A DNA stretch of 64,000 nucleotides from Vulcanimicrobiota bacterium (GCA_963820825.1 CAWGBN010000006.1:128001-192000), one strand, 5' to 3'; shown: positions 30,927-42,410, counted from the first letter of the stretch. Numbers and translations are program-made. The notes: generated from the letters alone by a model not told the origin.

Positions 30927-32564
30927 GTGGATTTGCGCACAGCGCTTCAAGAGAAGTTTGGATTCGCCGGTTTTTACCCCGGCCAGGAAGAGGTCGTTTC
31001 CCGGGTCCTACGGGGCCAGGATACGCTCGCCATTCTGGCCACGGGGGCAGGCAAGAGTCTGACCTATCAGCTGCCCGCGCTCTTGCTCGAAGGGACCACG
31101 GTCGTCGTCAGCCCGCTGATCGCCTTGATGAAAGATCAGCTCGATATGCTGCGCGATCGCGGGATCACCGACGTCGTCGCGCTCAACTCGACGCTCTCCG
31201 AAGAGCAGGAAGCGCGCGCGCGGGAGCGCGTGCGGTCCGGCAACGTTCGGATCGTCTATACGACGCCCGAGAAACTCGAAGACGACGGCTTCCTGCGACT
31301 GCTCCAGTCGATTCGCGTGCCGCTCTTCGTCGTCGACGAGGCGCACTGCATCAGCCAGTGGGGCCACGACTTCCGTCCCGCCTACCTCGCCCTCGGCGGA
31401 GTCATCGCCAAGCTCGGCCATCCGACCGTTCTCGCCCTCACCGCGACGGCGACGCCGTCGGTACGCGAGGACATCCTGCACCAGCTTGGCATCGACCAAG
31501 TAAAGCCGATCGTCCGCGGCTTCGATCGCCCCAACCTCATCTACGAAGCGCGCAAAGCCGACAAGGAATCCGACAAGTTCAAGATTCTCACCAGCCTATT
31601 CGCCGGGCACGAAGCTCTGGGCGGCACGGGAATCATCTACACGGCGACGATCAAGAACGCGCTCGAGGTCCAGCAGTTTCTCAACGACGAACTCGGTATT
31701 CCCGCGGCGGTCTACCATTCGAAGCTCCATAAAGAAGATCGCACCACGGTGCACAATCTCTTTATGGACGAGGCGATTCGCGCCGTCGTCGCGACCAACG
31801 CCTTCGGATTGGGCATCGACAAGCCGAACATCCGCTTCGTCGTGCACTACGATCTCCCGGGATCGCTCGAAGCCTACACGCAAGAGGCCGGCCGCGCCGG
31901 GCGCGACGGGCTTCCGTCGCGGTGCATCCTCATCTACCGGATGAGCGACACCCGCGTGCAGAACTACTTCCTAACCGGCAAGTATCCCGACGTCGAAGAG
32001 GTTCAGCGCGTCTTCGGTACGATCGAGGTCTTCGGCGAGCAGGCCGACGGCGTCTCGATGATCGACCTGCGCAAGATCCTTCAGCTTCCGCTGACGAAGC
32101 TCAAAGTAATTCTCGCGCTGCTCAAAAAGTCGGGCTATATCGAGCACGTCGGAAAATCGGCCTACGGTCTGACCGAAGCCGTCCGCAAGCATCGCGACCT
32201 CATACTGAATCTCGCCAACTACGAAACGAAGAAGTCGTACGATCAGAGCAAGCTCGCGATGATGCTGCAGTACGCCGAGACGACCGCCTGCCGGCGGCGC
32301 TTCATCCTGAACTATTTCGGCGAGGATTTCAACGTCGTCAACTGCGGCGCGTGCGACAACTGCCTGCGCGCCCTGCGGCGCGGTGTGGATGCGCAAGCCG
32401 CCACGGGCGGTTTCAAGATCGCCGACGTCGTCCACCATCCGAAGTTCGGCGTCGGAACGGTCGAACGCGCCGAGCGGGATCTGGTCACGGTCCTCTTCCC
32501 GAGCGTCGGATACAAGACGCTCTTGGCCTCGGCCGTCAGGCATTCCGAAGCGCAAATTGCGTAG
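30927..32564 (+). CDS. recQ: RecQ-family helicase with Zn-binding region and C-terminal Tudor-like domain
   Basis: TGAGKS, DEAHCISQWGHDFRP, QEAGRAGRDG, CRR...CGACDNC. Confidence 0.93.
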   Translation: MDLRTALQEKFGFAGFYPGQEEVVSRVLRGQDTLAILATGAGKSLTYQLPALLLEGTTVVVSPLIALMKDQLDMLRDRGITDVVALNSTLSEEQEARARERVRSGNVRIVYTTPEKLEDDGFLRLLQSIRVPLFVVDEAHCISQWGHDFRPAYLALGGVIAKLGHPTVLALTATATPSVREDILHQLGIDQVKPIVRGFDRPNLIYEARKADKESDKFKILTSLFAGHEALGGTGIIYTATIKNALEVQQFLNDELGIPAAVYHSKLHKEDRTTVHNLFMDEAIRAVVATNAFGLGIDKPNIRFVVHYDLPGSLEAYTQEAGRAGRDGLPSRCILIYRMSDTRVQNYFLTGKYPDVEEVQRVFGTIEVFGEQADGVSMIDLRKILQLPLTKLKVILALLKKSGYIEHVGKSAYGLTEAVRKHRDLILNLANYETKKSYDQSKLAMMLQYAETTACRRRFILNYFGEDFNVVNCGACDNCLRALRRGVDAQAATGGFKIADVVHHPKFGVGTVERAERDLVTVLFPSVGYKTLLASAVRHSEAQIA

Positions 32565-34202
32565 GAGCCTCTCGGCTCCGAGAGCCGCGTTCCTCATCGC
32601 GGTTCTCGCCGCGATCGGCGCGGCGCCGCCGGAGACGCTCTCGCCTGCCCCTTCGTCCTCGCCGGCACCCGCCGCCACGTCCGGTGCTACGCCGGCTGCG
32701 ATGCCCGGCGCTGCCGTTCCGACATCGGTTCCGTCACCCGCTGCGACGCAGCCGCCGATCGTCGTAACGCCCGACAACGCCACCGTTCCGGTCGGCCATT
32801 CCTTCGATCTCGCGATCGGTTCGGCGATCAGTCCGCTTACCGCAACCGTCGCCGACCCGGCGATTGCCGGCGTCTACGTCGACCAGACCTCGCAGCGCGT
32901 AACCGTCGTCGGCAAAGCCCCCGGAACGACGACCGTCACGATCGTCGACGTGCGCGGAATCCGTCGCGACGTGCCCGTGCGCGTGGCATTTTACGCGGGG
33001 GCGGTCGCCGACCGCATCACCCTGCGGTTGACCGGCGACCCCGCCGCGCCCGACTTCGTCCGGGAGCAGGTCGCACGAGCCGTCAGGAGCGCCGCACAAG
33101 CGCGACCCGACGCGCAAGTCGTTGTGACCTCCGACGACGTTCCCGTTCACCGCGCGCTCGAGCAGGACGACGTCGCCTCATTCGACGTTCCAGTGCTCAT
33201 TCAGGGAATCGGAGAGATCGAGGTCGACGGCTCGACCCACGTCGACGTGCAGAACGTGGCGGTTCCGAGAATCTCTCCCGACTCGCTGATGGTGAGCGAT
33301 TATCCCGAGCGGCTCACCGAGAACGGCACGCTCTTCACCGCAGATCTGCGCTACGAGCAGCCTTCGCGATTTCTCTACTTCCATTACAATCCGCCCGGCC
33401 AACCGAACCGGCGCATCGTCCTGCACGCCGCGAACCTTTCGCGCGAGCCTTCGATCGTGCAGTTCATCAGCGGCCGCGGCGGTCCGTCGTCCAACGAGAT
33501 GGAGGTCGGACATACCGCCACGAAACGCTTTCTCATCAACGTCGTGCAGAACCAGGGTCAGCTCTTGACGCTCGCGGGCAACAGCACGACCGATATCGTC
33601 ACGCAGGAACTCCCGCCCGGAAACGTCGTCTGCAACCTGCTCCAACTGCGCGTCTTGTCGGGCGGAAACGTTCATTTGACGCTCGTCGCGCAGAACGACG
33701 ACGGCACCGGCGACGAGGCCGCATCGGCCGGATTGCTCGAAAGCACGCACAAACACGCGCGCGGCATCTATCCGATCGCCGAGTTCCACTTTGCGACGCG
33801 CTGGCGCGTCGACGAGGAGTATCTCGAGCTGCTCGTCGGTCAGCTTCCGCTGCCGAACCATCTGCAAGGCCAGGCCCTGGCGGGCGATTACGGCGTGCTG
33901 CAATCGTTCGTCGTCAACGTCGAGAACCCGATGGGAAGCCCGCAAGCGATTGCGATCTACGAGAATCCCCGCGGCGGGCGCGCGACCGGAACCTATTTGA
34001 TCGACGGCGTCTTGGTGCAATCGCATCAGGTGCCGCCCTACTCGCGCTACAAAGTGCGGCAATACATCGTGCCGGCGCACGGTTTCGTGCGCGTCACGAT
34101 CGTGACGATGCCCGAGGCCGGCTCGAGCCTTCCGCTGCGTTTGGTATTCGCGCCGACGACGGCAGCGTCGCTCCCGGCGCCCCCGGCTCACCGATCTACT
34201 AG
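32557..34202 (+). CDS. Secreted hypothetical protein with Ig-like N-terminal domain; one base missing near 34155
   Basis: Signal peptide, P/A/S linker, beta-rich. The corrected end reads LVFAP-DDGSVAPGAPGSPIY*. Confidence 0.7.
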
Positions 34203-35210
34203 CGCGTACGCCTGCTCGACGCTGCGCGCGCTGCTCTCCCACGAGAAGCGTTCGACGGCGGCCGCGCGGGCCTGCGCGGCACGCGCCTCGGACTCGCCGT
34301 CGAGTGCGCCGGCAAGCGCGGCGGCCCACCCCTCGACGTCGTCGGCATCGACGACGCCCGCATCGTCGCGCACGACCTCCGGCAACGAACTGCTCCGCGC
34401 GACGACGCACGGCAGGCCGGCAACGAGCGCCTGCGCCGCGGCATAGCCGAACCCTTCGTACTTCGAAGGGACCGCGGCAACCGCCGCGTGCGCGTAGAGC
34501 TCCAAGAGCCGCTCGCGCGGCACGTACCCCGGCATCTCGACGCGATCGTCGACGTGCAATCGCTGCGCGAGCGCTCGGCATTCACTCGCATACGGCGTCA
34601 ACGGACCGATCGCCACCAGCCGCGCCCCGTCGAGGCGGGGCATTGCGCGAACGAGCACCTCGAGATTCTTTCGCCGTTCGACCGTTCCGACCGCGAGGAT
34701 CGTTCGCTCGTCGCCGCGCTCGCGGGCGATCCGTGAAAAATCCGTTGCGACGCCGGGGTAGACGACGATGACGCGATCGGGCTGCAGCCGGGGATCGTAA
34801 CGAAGGAGTTCGTCGCGGGTGAAGTGCGAGTCGACGAGCACCCGCGCCGCCTGGCGATACCGCCGCAGCGAGAACGCACCGAAATAGTATCGCGCGTAGG
34901 CCGGAGCGTGCGACTGGGCCGACTGCCACGCGAGGTCGTGCACGGTCACTACGATCGGAAGCGAAGCCGTACACGGCATCGTTCCGGCCGCGCAATGCAG
35001 AACCGCCGCGCCGCTCGAACGCGCGCGCCGCGGCAGAACGATTTGATCCCAGAGAACGCGACGATCGAAGCGCCACGGATCGAGCGTCGGATCGCGCAGT
35101 TCGACGACGTCGAGCCCGCGCTTGCGCAGCGCGCCCGCCAAACCGCGAACGTACTCGCCGATTCCCGTCGCCGTGCCGACGGTCAGTTGCGCGTCGAGCG
35201 CAACCCTCAC
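34188..35210 (-). CDS. GT4 glycosyltransferase
   Basis: TGIGEY, TVHDL, VGTVERRKN, PSKYEGFG. Confidence 0.92.
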   Translation of the reverse strand: MRVALDAQLTVGTATGIGEYVRGLAGALRKRGLDVVELRDPTLDPWRFDRRVLWDQIVLPRRARSSGAAVLHCAAGTMPCTASLPIVVTVHDLAWQSAQSHAPAYARYYFGAFSLRRYRQAARVLVDSHFTRDELLRYDPRLQPDRVIVVYPGVATDFSRIARERGDERTILAVGTVERRKNLEVLVRAMPRLDGARLVAIGPLTPYASECRALAQRLHVDDRVEMPGYVPRERLLELYAHAAVAAVPSKYEGFGYAAAQALVAGLPCVVARSSSLPEVVRDDAGVVDADDVEGWAAALAGALDGESEARAAQARAAAVERFSWESSARSVEQAYALVDR

Positions 35211-36079
35211 CGCAGATCTCGCTCGAGCGCTCGCACCATCAACGCGTCCGGATCGAGAGCGCGCGCGCGAGCCAAGTAAACCATTGCACCGCGCCGGTCG
35301 CCCTCTTCCCACGCGATGACGCCGAGGCCCGCGACCGCGTCGGCGCTTCGCGGATCGATATCGGCGGCGTGTGCGAAGAGCAGTCTCGCGCGCCGGCGAT
35401 CGCCGAGCAAGTCGGCCTGATTCGCCGCTTCGACGACGTAGCGCTCCGAGAGCGGCGCGAGACCGACAGCGGCGTAGAAATCGTTCAGCGCGATCGCGAG
35501 CCAGCGGCGTTGGCGCGGACTGCCCGAAATCTCGCGCCAGGCTTGGCGATTCGCGAGGCGTCCCATCTGCCAATATGCCTCGGCGACGGCATCGGGATGC
35601 GTGCCGGCTCGCTCGAGACGAATCTCCAGCAGCCGCTCGAGCGCGTAGCCCGCGGCCGGGGCGCGCACCGCGAGCGCCTGCGCGTTTGCGCTGACGGCCG
35701 CCGGGTCGGGAGCGGCGAGAAAGTACTCGGCGGCGAGGAGCGACTGCCCGCGCGCGAGCGCGACCTGCGCCAAGAGCTCGTCGCGAACGGGCGATGCCGG
35801 GAGCCGTACCGCGTATCGTTGCGCGGCGTCTGCGTCGCCGCGCGCGAGCGCCTCACGCGCGAGGCTCGTCTCGACGTACGGTGCCGGCGCGACGCGGTCG
35901 AGCACGCGATAGACCGAGAGACCGAAGCGAACGGGGATGCTGCGTGGAAGGGTTCGCGGGGCCGCGGCAGTTGAGTTCAGCGCGTCCGATGCGACCTGGA
36001 CGGCGCCGAGGCCGACGACGAGTGCCGCCGTGACCGCAGCGATGACGAAGCGTACGAGCGCGTAGCGGCGACGCGGCAC
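35207..36079 (-). CDS. Membrane-anchored TPR protein
   Basis: N-terminal TM; TPR-like helices. Confidence 0.65.
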   Translation of the reverse strand: MPRRRYALVRFVIAAVTAALVVGLGAVQVASDALNSTAAAPRTLPRSIPVRFGLSVYRVLDRVAPAPYVETSLAREALARGDADAAQRYAVRLPASPVRDELLAQVALARGQSLLAAEYFLAAPDPAAVSANAQALAVRAPAAGYALERLLEIRLERAGTHPDAVAEAYWQMGRLANRQAWREISGSPRQRRWLAIALNDFYAAVGLAPLSERYVVEAANQADLLGDRRRARLLFAHAADIDPRSADAVAGLGVIAWEEGDRRGAMVYLARARALDPDALMVRALERDLR

Positions 36080-36080
36080 G

Positions 36081-37193
36081 CTAGAACTTGACGGTAAAGT
36101 TCACGTCCTCGCGCGTCTGAGTGGTACCGTTGAGCGAGAGATTATCCTGGAATCGGTCTTGGTAGGCGCCGATCGAGAGTGAGCTCGAGATCTGCGGAAT
36201 GTTAAGCGTCAGCTTTCCGCCGTAGGTGTTGTTGATCGTGTCGAGATTCACCAATCCCGGCAAGCCGTATCCGCCGTAGAGATGCTGCGCGTCGTAGTTG
36301 AGGTTCAACGTCAGTCCGCGGACCACGGGGACCGAGAGTCCCGCGCCGAGCGAGAGACGATTCAAGTTGGCGTAGCTCGGGACGAGCAGCGGCGCGCCGC
36401 CGGCCCCCGGCAGTTGCCACGACGATGCCGAATCGAGCGGTGAAACGGTAAAGCCCGAGGCATCGTTGCGGCCGACGTGCTCGTATTCGCTCGAGAGATT
36501 GACGTCGAGGCTGCGCTTGCCGGCGCGCAGGTCGAAGTTCGCTCCCGCACCGGCCGAGGTATCGCCGAGCGAAAGCTGTGGCGTCTGCGTCGTCGAGCCT
36601 TGGGCTTGCCCATCGAACTTCACGGTGCCGATCTGCGCCGACGACGTCAGAAAATCGGGGGCACGCATCTCGGGCGGCGCGAAGGCCAAGGTTCCGGGAT
36701 CGGGCGATACCGCCGGTTGGGTCGGCGCTTGATAGGCCGCGGTGAAGCGCGCGGCCGGCGTGGTGAGATCGTCGCCCGCCTGCGCGAGCGCCGGCGGCGA
36801 GAAGCGCACGATGCTGGTGCTCGTGGCAAATGCGACGGCCGCGGCGACGTCGGAGACTTCGGCGGGTGAAAGGTCGCTCAAGGCGAGATGGTCTTGCGCG
36901 AAGGCCACCCCGTCGGTCCCGCTAAAGCCGGGCTTTGCGCCGGCCGGGGGCACGCGCAGAGCGAGCTCGCGCAGGGGCGATTCGCTGCTGAGGTCGCCGT
37001 GGGCGGCCGCAAAAGAGGCGCTCGAATCGGTCGTCTCGCCGAAGAGCCGGAGCATGAGCTGCGACGCAAGATCGAAGCGGCCGCTCACGGGCAGAAGACC
37101 AGACGCGGCCGCAATGGCAGGACAGAGCGCCGCTATTAGCGCTGACGTTGCCACGACGCCGACGACCCGACGCACTTGCCCTCCGCTCTTCAA
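36081..37193 (-). CDS. Putative outer-membrane beta-barrel protein
   Basis: Signal peptide, alternating amphipathic strands, terminal VNFTVKF. Confidence 0.6.
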   Translation of the reverse strand: MKSGGQVRRVVGVVATSALIAALCPAIAAASGLLPVSGRFDLASQLMLRLFGETTDSSASFAAAHGDLSSESPLRELALRVPPAGAKPGFSGTDGVAFAQDHLALSDLSPAEVSDVAAAVAFATSTSIVRFSPPALAQAGDDLTTPAARFTAAYQAPTQPAVSPDPGTLAFAPPEMRAPDFLTSSAQIGTVKFDGQAQGSTTQTPQLSLGDTSAGAGANFDLRAGKRSLDVNLSSEYEHVGRNDASGFTVSPLDSASSWQLPGAGGAPLLVPSYANLNRLSLGAGLSVPVVRGLTLNLNYDAQHLYGGYGLPGLVNLDTINNTYGGKLTLNIPQISSSLSIGAYQDRFQDNLSLNGTTQTREDVNFTVKF

Positions 37194-37244
37194 AGCTGTA
37201 ATCCGCGAATGAGGCGATGCCGTGAACGCGCCCGCGGGGATTAG

Positions 37245-37667
37245 CTATCTTGGAGATCGAGCCGCCGCTCCCCTTGCGAGAAAGCGTCGCGCAATCAAGA
37301 CGGCGGCATAATCGTCGATCGGTCGCGGCGGCAGCTGCAAGCCGAGCGGCACGAGCCGGCGCCACCCCCGGGGCGGATGGTCGGCGAAGTAGAGGCCGCG
37401 GGCCTCGCGGCTGGTCTCGTACTCGTCGACGAGATGAACCGGCAGGCCGAGCGCCTCGAGCCCGGCCTTCACGGGGCGGGAGTTGGTCCCACGGCCCAGC
37501 GCGATCGCCGCGATATTGCGGCCGCGAGCGAGCTCGCGAAGGCGCTCGGGCAGTCGCTCGGTCGGCTCTATCCCCGCCTCCAAGACGGCCCCCGACGCAT
37601 CGAGCAGCGCGTAGCCGGCCTTGCTTCGTCCCGGATCGACGCCGATCACCGCCGGCGCCTCGTTCAT
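37245..37667 (-). CDS. YqgF/RuvX-like RNase H-fold protein
   Basis: IGVDPGRSKAG, VDEYETS, IDDYAA. Confidence 0.85.
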   Translation of the reverse strand: MNEAPAVIGVDPGRSKAGYALLDASGAVLEAGIEPTERLPERLRELARGRNIAAIALGRGTNSRPVKAGLEALGLPVHLVDEYETSREARGLYFADHPPRGWRRLVPLGLQLPPRPIDDYAAVLIARRFLARGAAARSPR

Positions 37668-38605
37668 GGCTGCTGCGTCAGGACGATCACGACCGGTATC
37701 CCACCGACGTGCGGATAGTAATCCTCGCCGGCAAAGGCGGTCAGCAAGTACGTGCCGGGGCGCGCGATGCGCTCCTGCATCTGCTGCACGTCCGGAATCA
37801 ACTGCAGCGGTTGGAAGATGTCCGATAAGAACGGCGGCAAGTGGAGCCGCCGCGCGTTGATCGAGACGTAGTTCTGCAGCTGACTGATCGCGATGTTGAT
37901 GCTCGCTCCGCTCTTGCCCGGAATCACGAGTTGGGCGATGACCTGACCCTTGCGGAAGTAGCGGATATCCGGCGTGACGTTGATGGCAAAGTGAATCTGG
38001 TCGTTTTCAAAGAGATTCTGGTCGGAGGTTACGGTCAGCATGACGTTCGCCTGCGAGAGTGAGGCGGCCGTCGTCAAATCGTTCGCAAGACCGCTCAGCT
38101 TGCGATCCGCATCGGGCGGTATCGCGTAGGGCTTGAGCCCGAGGCGCGGGTAGGTCGCGTTGACGTACTTAACGGCAAAGAAATAGTAATCCCGGATCGT
38201 CTTGAGACGCTGCGAGGCGGAGGCCGTCTGCGAAATGATCCGGTAGAACGGCACCATCAGCGTATCGACGGGAAGTACGAGCCGGCCGTTGTTGACCTTC
38301 GCTTCGAGATCGCGCTGGCGCGCCTGCAGCTCGGTAATCTGCTGGTTGATCGAGTTGAGCTTGAAGAACGCCGTCTTCACCTCTTGCGAGGCAAAGATCG
38401 CCGTAAGCGAAACGACGAGCGCGATGATCACCCCGGTCGCGATCGCGACGATCGTCGACGTGTAGCGCGGCCGAATCCCGAAGAGGCTCAAGCGCCGGCG
38501 CCCGACCTGATGACCGACCCGGTCGCCGACGTAGGCGACCGCGCCGGCAAGCGCCATGACGGCTAACAGGTTTCCGATGCCGCGGACGATCTCGACGAAG
38601 TTCAT
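37664..38605 (-). CDS. DUF3084 family protein
   Basis: AYVGDRVGHQVGRRRLSLFGIRPRYT signature. Confidence 0.85.
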   Translation of the reverse strand: MNFVEIVRGIGNLLAVMALAGAVAYVGDRVGHQVGRRRLSLFGIRPRYTSTIVAIATGVIIALVVSLTAIFASQEVKTAFFKLNSINQQITELQARQRDLEAKVNNGRLVLPVDTLMVPFYRIISQTASASQRLKTIRDYYFFAVKYVNATYPRLGLKPYAIPPDADRKLSGLANDLTTAASLSQANVMLTVTSDQNLFENDQIHFAINVTPDIRYFRKGQVIAQLVIPGKSGASINIAISQLQNYVSINARRLHLPPFLSDIFQPLQLIPDVQQMQERIARPGTYLLTAFAGEDYYPHVGGIPVVIVLTQQP

Positions 38606-39705
38606 ACCAGTGCCGCGCGCCGCAGCCGGATCAGCCCGATCGCCGTAAAGAGGATATTCGGAACCCACGCCCAGAGCGCCGCGAGCGCGAGCATCGCCTC
38701 GGCGGCAAACGAGCAGGCCGTCATTACGACGTAGTAGACGAAGACGATCGCCAGCGAGACGCCGAAGCCGACGCTGGTGCTTCCGCTCGACCGAATCGAG
38801 CGCAGCCCGAACGGAATTGCGATGAGCATGAAGACGAAGCACGCGAACGGGCGCGCGAGCTTCTCTTGATAGGTGGCTACGTACTTGCGGTGCTCGGTCT
38901 CGGTCAGCTGACCCGAACGCACGACGTCCGCGATCTGGGACCGGCTCATGTTCTCCGGATCGTCGTTGCTCATGCGCTTGGTGAGGTCCGTTGGCCTCTC
39001 GCCGATTTCAACCTCCTGCTGCGGCACGCCGGGCTCGGAGAGCGTCGTTCCGTCGGGATTGAAGCGATAGACGCTCGAGTTCTCGAGTGTCCACTTATCG
39101 GCCGTGAACTCAGCGCGGTCGGCGAAGATGATCTGCCGGGGAGAGTTATGATTGTCGTATTGGATCAGCGTGACGTGCAGCAGCGCGCGCGAGTCCGGCT
39201 CGTAGGCCGTCGCAATCGTCACCTGCCTCCCCCCTCCCGGTAGCGGCGCCGAGACCGTGAGATCCCGATTGAACGCGCTGACGTGGTTGATCACCGCGTT
39301 CTCGATTTCGATCAACTGGTCGTTGGCATAGGGCACCACACGCTCTTGCAGCACGTACGTAACGACCGACATCACGATACCCACCGCGAGCAGCGGCGTG
39401 ACGATCCGCACGAAGGTTACCCCGGCAGCCTTTAGTGCCGTGATCTCGCTCTCGCCCGACAGGCGTTGCACCGCAAGCAGCGTTCCGAGCAGCAAGGCCA
39501 TCGGAATGACCAGCACGACGTCGGCCGGAAGCGACCAGCAGAAAACGAGCAGCGCCGCCCAGAGCGGCGCGTGCTCGTTGCTCACGAGCCTGCCGATATT
39601 CAAAATTTCCGTCGCCGCGAAGATCAGCGTAAACGCGGCCACGCCAAAAAGAAACGGCCCCGAAAGCTCGCTGAGCATATACCGATCGAGGATGGTAAAT
39701 CTCAT
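38602..39705 (-). CDS. LPS export permease LptF/LptG
   Basis: ILDRY, SEITALKAAG, AWVPNILF. Confidence 0.92.
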   Translation of the reverse strand: MRFTILDRYMLSELSGPFLFGVAAFTLIFAATEILNIGRLVSNEHAPLWAALLVFCWSLPADVVLVIPMALLLGTLLAVQRLSGESEITALKAAGVTFVRIVTPLLAVGIVMSVVTYVLQERVVPYANDQLIEIENAVINHVSAFNRDLTVSAPLPGGGRQVTIATAYEPDSRALLHVTLIQYDNHNSPRQIIFADRAEFTADKWTLENSSVYRFNPDGTTLSEPGVPQQEVEIGERPTDLTKRMSNDDPENMSRSQIADVVRSGQLTETEHRKYVATYQEKLARPFACFVFMLIAIPFGLRSIRSSGSTSVGFGVSLAIVFVYYVVMTACSFAAEAMLALAALWAWVPNILFTAIGLIRLRRAALV

Positions 39706-39717
39706 GGTGACTTGCGC

Positions 39718-39902
39718 GCTCGAACCCTAATGATGGGCGTGCCGCGCGTGCGCCGTCGGACCGCTCGTCGCTCCGCCTCCATGCTCCGCTCCTGCTGCAC
39801 CGCGCTCGCGCCACCTGTCAAGGAAGATTCTTGACATCCTGTCAATGGCGCTCGCGTCGGAGCTCCTCCTTTGCACGTGCGGCACGCCCATCGCGTTCGA
39901 GC
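39718..39902 (-). repeat. Structured intergenic element, copy 1 (ncRNA, cis-regulator or MITE-like)
   Basis: Terminal inverted repeat 39732-39751/39873-39892; core blocks shared with 45431-45600. Confidence 0.75.
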
Positions 39903-39910
39903 AGGCGCGT

Positions 39911-40650
<740 letters not shown>

Positions 40651-40654
<4 letters not shown>

Positions 40655-41196
40655 TGCATCCGCATGTGAGTGAGTGAGATATCCGAGTCAAAGCTCGAAC
40701 CGGTCGCTCGGAAACCCTTCGGGTCGGTGACCACGACGTCGCCGGTTCCGTGCAGCATCCCGGTAGCTCGATCGTAAACGAGCTGCGTGCACTCCAACGT
40801 CATCCCCGACGACGTGCGAGCGTGAACGCCATTACGCAGCGTCACGGTCTTCGCCGCCTGATCGACGACCGCTTGGGGCGCGGTCGCGGCGATCGTGGCT
40901 CCGATACGGTGGAAGGTCACGCGCGCGTCTTGGAAGACCGCGAGCGCGCCTCCCTGAGGGCCCTTGCTCTCGTACGAGCTTGCCAGCAGATCGTAGTCGA
41001 CCCGGTTGTGGACTTGCTGAATGAGGTGCACGGGGCGGTGTGCCGTCCCCCGGCCCCTGATATCCAGCACCAGCGGGGTCGCCGTAGCGCGCGCCTTGGG
41101 TGCGGCCGACGGAGAGGGAGTCGCCTTGGGGGCTTGGGGATTGCATCCGGCACCCGCCACAAAGGCGATCGCCGCGACGACGCCGCGGTAGCGCAC
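40651..41196 (-). CDS. lptC: LptC/LptA-like beta-jellyroll lipoprotein
   Basis: Lipobox-like AGAGC; beta-rich; directly upstream of lptB. Confidence 0.7.
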
Positions 41197-41198
41197 GA

Positions 41199-42410
41199 TT
41201 ATCGCTCGATCGTCGGGCTCGGCTCGCCGCCGCGCGCGGCGGCGAGTGCGAGGCTCATGATCGGCATCCACAATCCGAAAATCACCACGGTCACGGTATC
41301 GATGAAGCCTTGCACGGCGACGCCGACCAGTCCCGCCGTAACGCTCAGCGCCAGGAGCGCCTGCGCGGGCGCAGCGACGGCGACGCGGCGCCGCAACTCC
41401 ACGGCGAACCGCCAGAGGGTCCATGCAACCGTAACCAGACCTACGAGCCCGAACTCGACGAAGAACGTCAAGTAGAGGCTATGCGCGTGGAATGCGGTCG
41501 CATCGCCGTCGGGCGCGCGCGCGAGCGCGTAGAGCCGCGAGAAGTTGAACGGCCCGACGCCGGTGAGCGGAAAGCGGTTTGCGATCTGGAGCGCGGCCTG
41601 CCAGATCGACAACCGCGTGTAGTCCTCGCTCGGATCGTGGTGCGCGTTGAAGAGGAGCAATACCGCAACGATTCCACCGGCCGCCACGACGGCCGCACCA
41701 CCGGCCGCACGCCGGCCGCGTGCCGCGAGCAAAAAGGCGACCGCCGCGGCGAATCCCATCCAGCCCGCACGCGAGTACGTGAGCCCCAGTGCGACGAGTC
41801 CGAGGACGAGCGTCGTCCAACCCAAGACTCGCAGAGCGCGACTCTCTCCCGCGTAGCCCAGCGCAAACGCAATCGGCAGCAGCACGATCAGATATCCGGC
41901 CAGCTCGCCGGGCAGGACGAAGGTCCCGGTAGCGCGGCCGTGCGCGATGGCATACTGCGCGGCCGGAAACCGCGTCGCGACCATCGCAATCGCCGCAGCC
42001 GATGCAATCGCGCCGGAAAGAAGAAAGCACCAATAGATCGTTACGGCGGCGTATCGATCCGTATAGAAACGCATCACCGAGGCTTGCCAAATGATCCCCA
42101 TTCCGCCGATTCCCGTAAAGAGCGTACCGGCAATCGGATCGAAGCCGGCGATACCGGCCACGACTCCGGCGCCGAAGACCGCCGCGAGCGGAAGCAGCAG
42201 CGGCTGCGAGCCGCGCTCGGGGTATCGTACGAGCATCGCGATCGCGTAGACGGCGAGCAGCGCGCAGAACGCGAGCACGATCGGCGTTACCGCGCGCGGA
42301 AGCAGCACGATGCCCGGAAAACCGACGGCGGTGAGGGCGATGAAACTCGGAAAGAGCGGTACGATCGCAAAGATCGCTCCGAGCGCCGCAGGCATCAAAC
42401 GCCGCATCAT
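41199..42410 (-). CDS. O-antigen ligase family membrane protein
   Basis: RATGTF, TYSRAGW, RLSIW, PLTGVG, HAHSLYL. Confidence 0.88.
   Translation of the reverse strand: MMRRLMPAALGAIFAIVPLFPSFIALTAVGFPGIVLLPRAVTPIVLAFCALLAVYAIAMLVRYPERGSQPLLLPLAAVFGAGVVAGIAGFDPIAGTLFTGIGGMGIIWQASVMRFYTDRYAAVTIYWCFLLSGAIASAAAIAMVATRFPAAQYAIAHGRATGTFVLPGELAGYLIVLLPIAFALGYAGESRALRVLGWTTLVLGLVALGLTYSRAGWMGFAAAVAFLLAARGRRAAGGAAVVAAGGIVAVLLLFNAHHDPSEDYTRLSIWQAALQIANRFPLTGVGPFNFSRLYALARAPDGDATAFHAHSLYLTFFVEFGLVGLVTVAWTLWRFAVELRRRVAVAAPAQALLALSVTAGLVGVAVQGFIDTVTVVIFGLWMPIMSLALAAARGGEPSPTIER

Noticed and set aside
39831..39836. TTGACA sigma70 -35 box
   Set aside because: No correctly spaced -10 box; better explained as a hairpin stem
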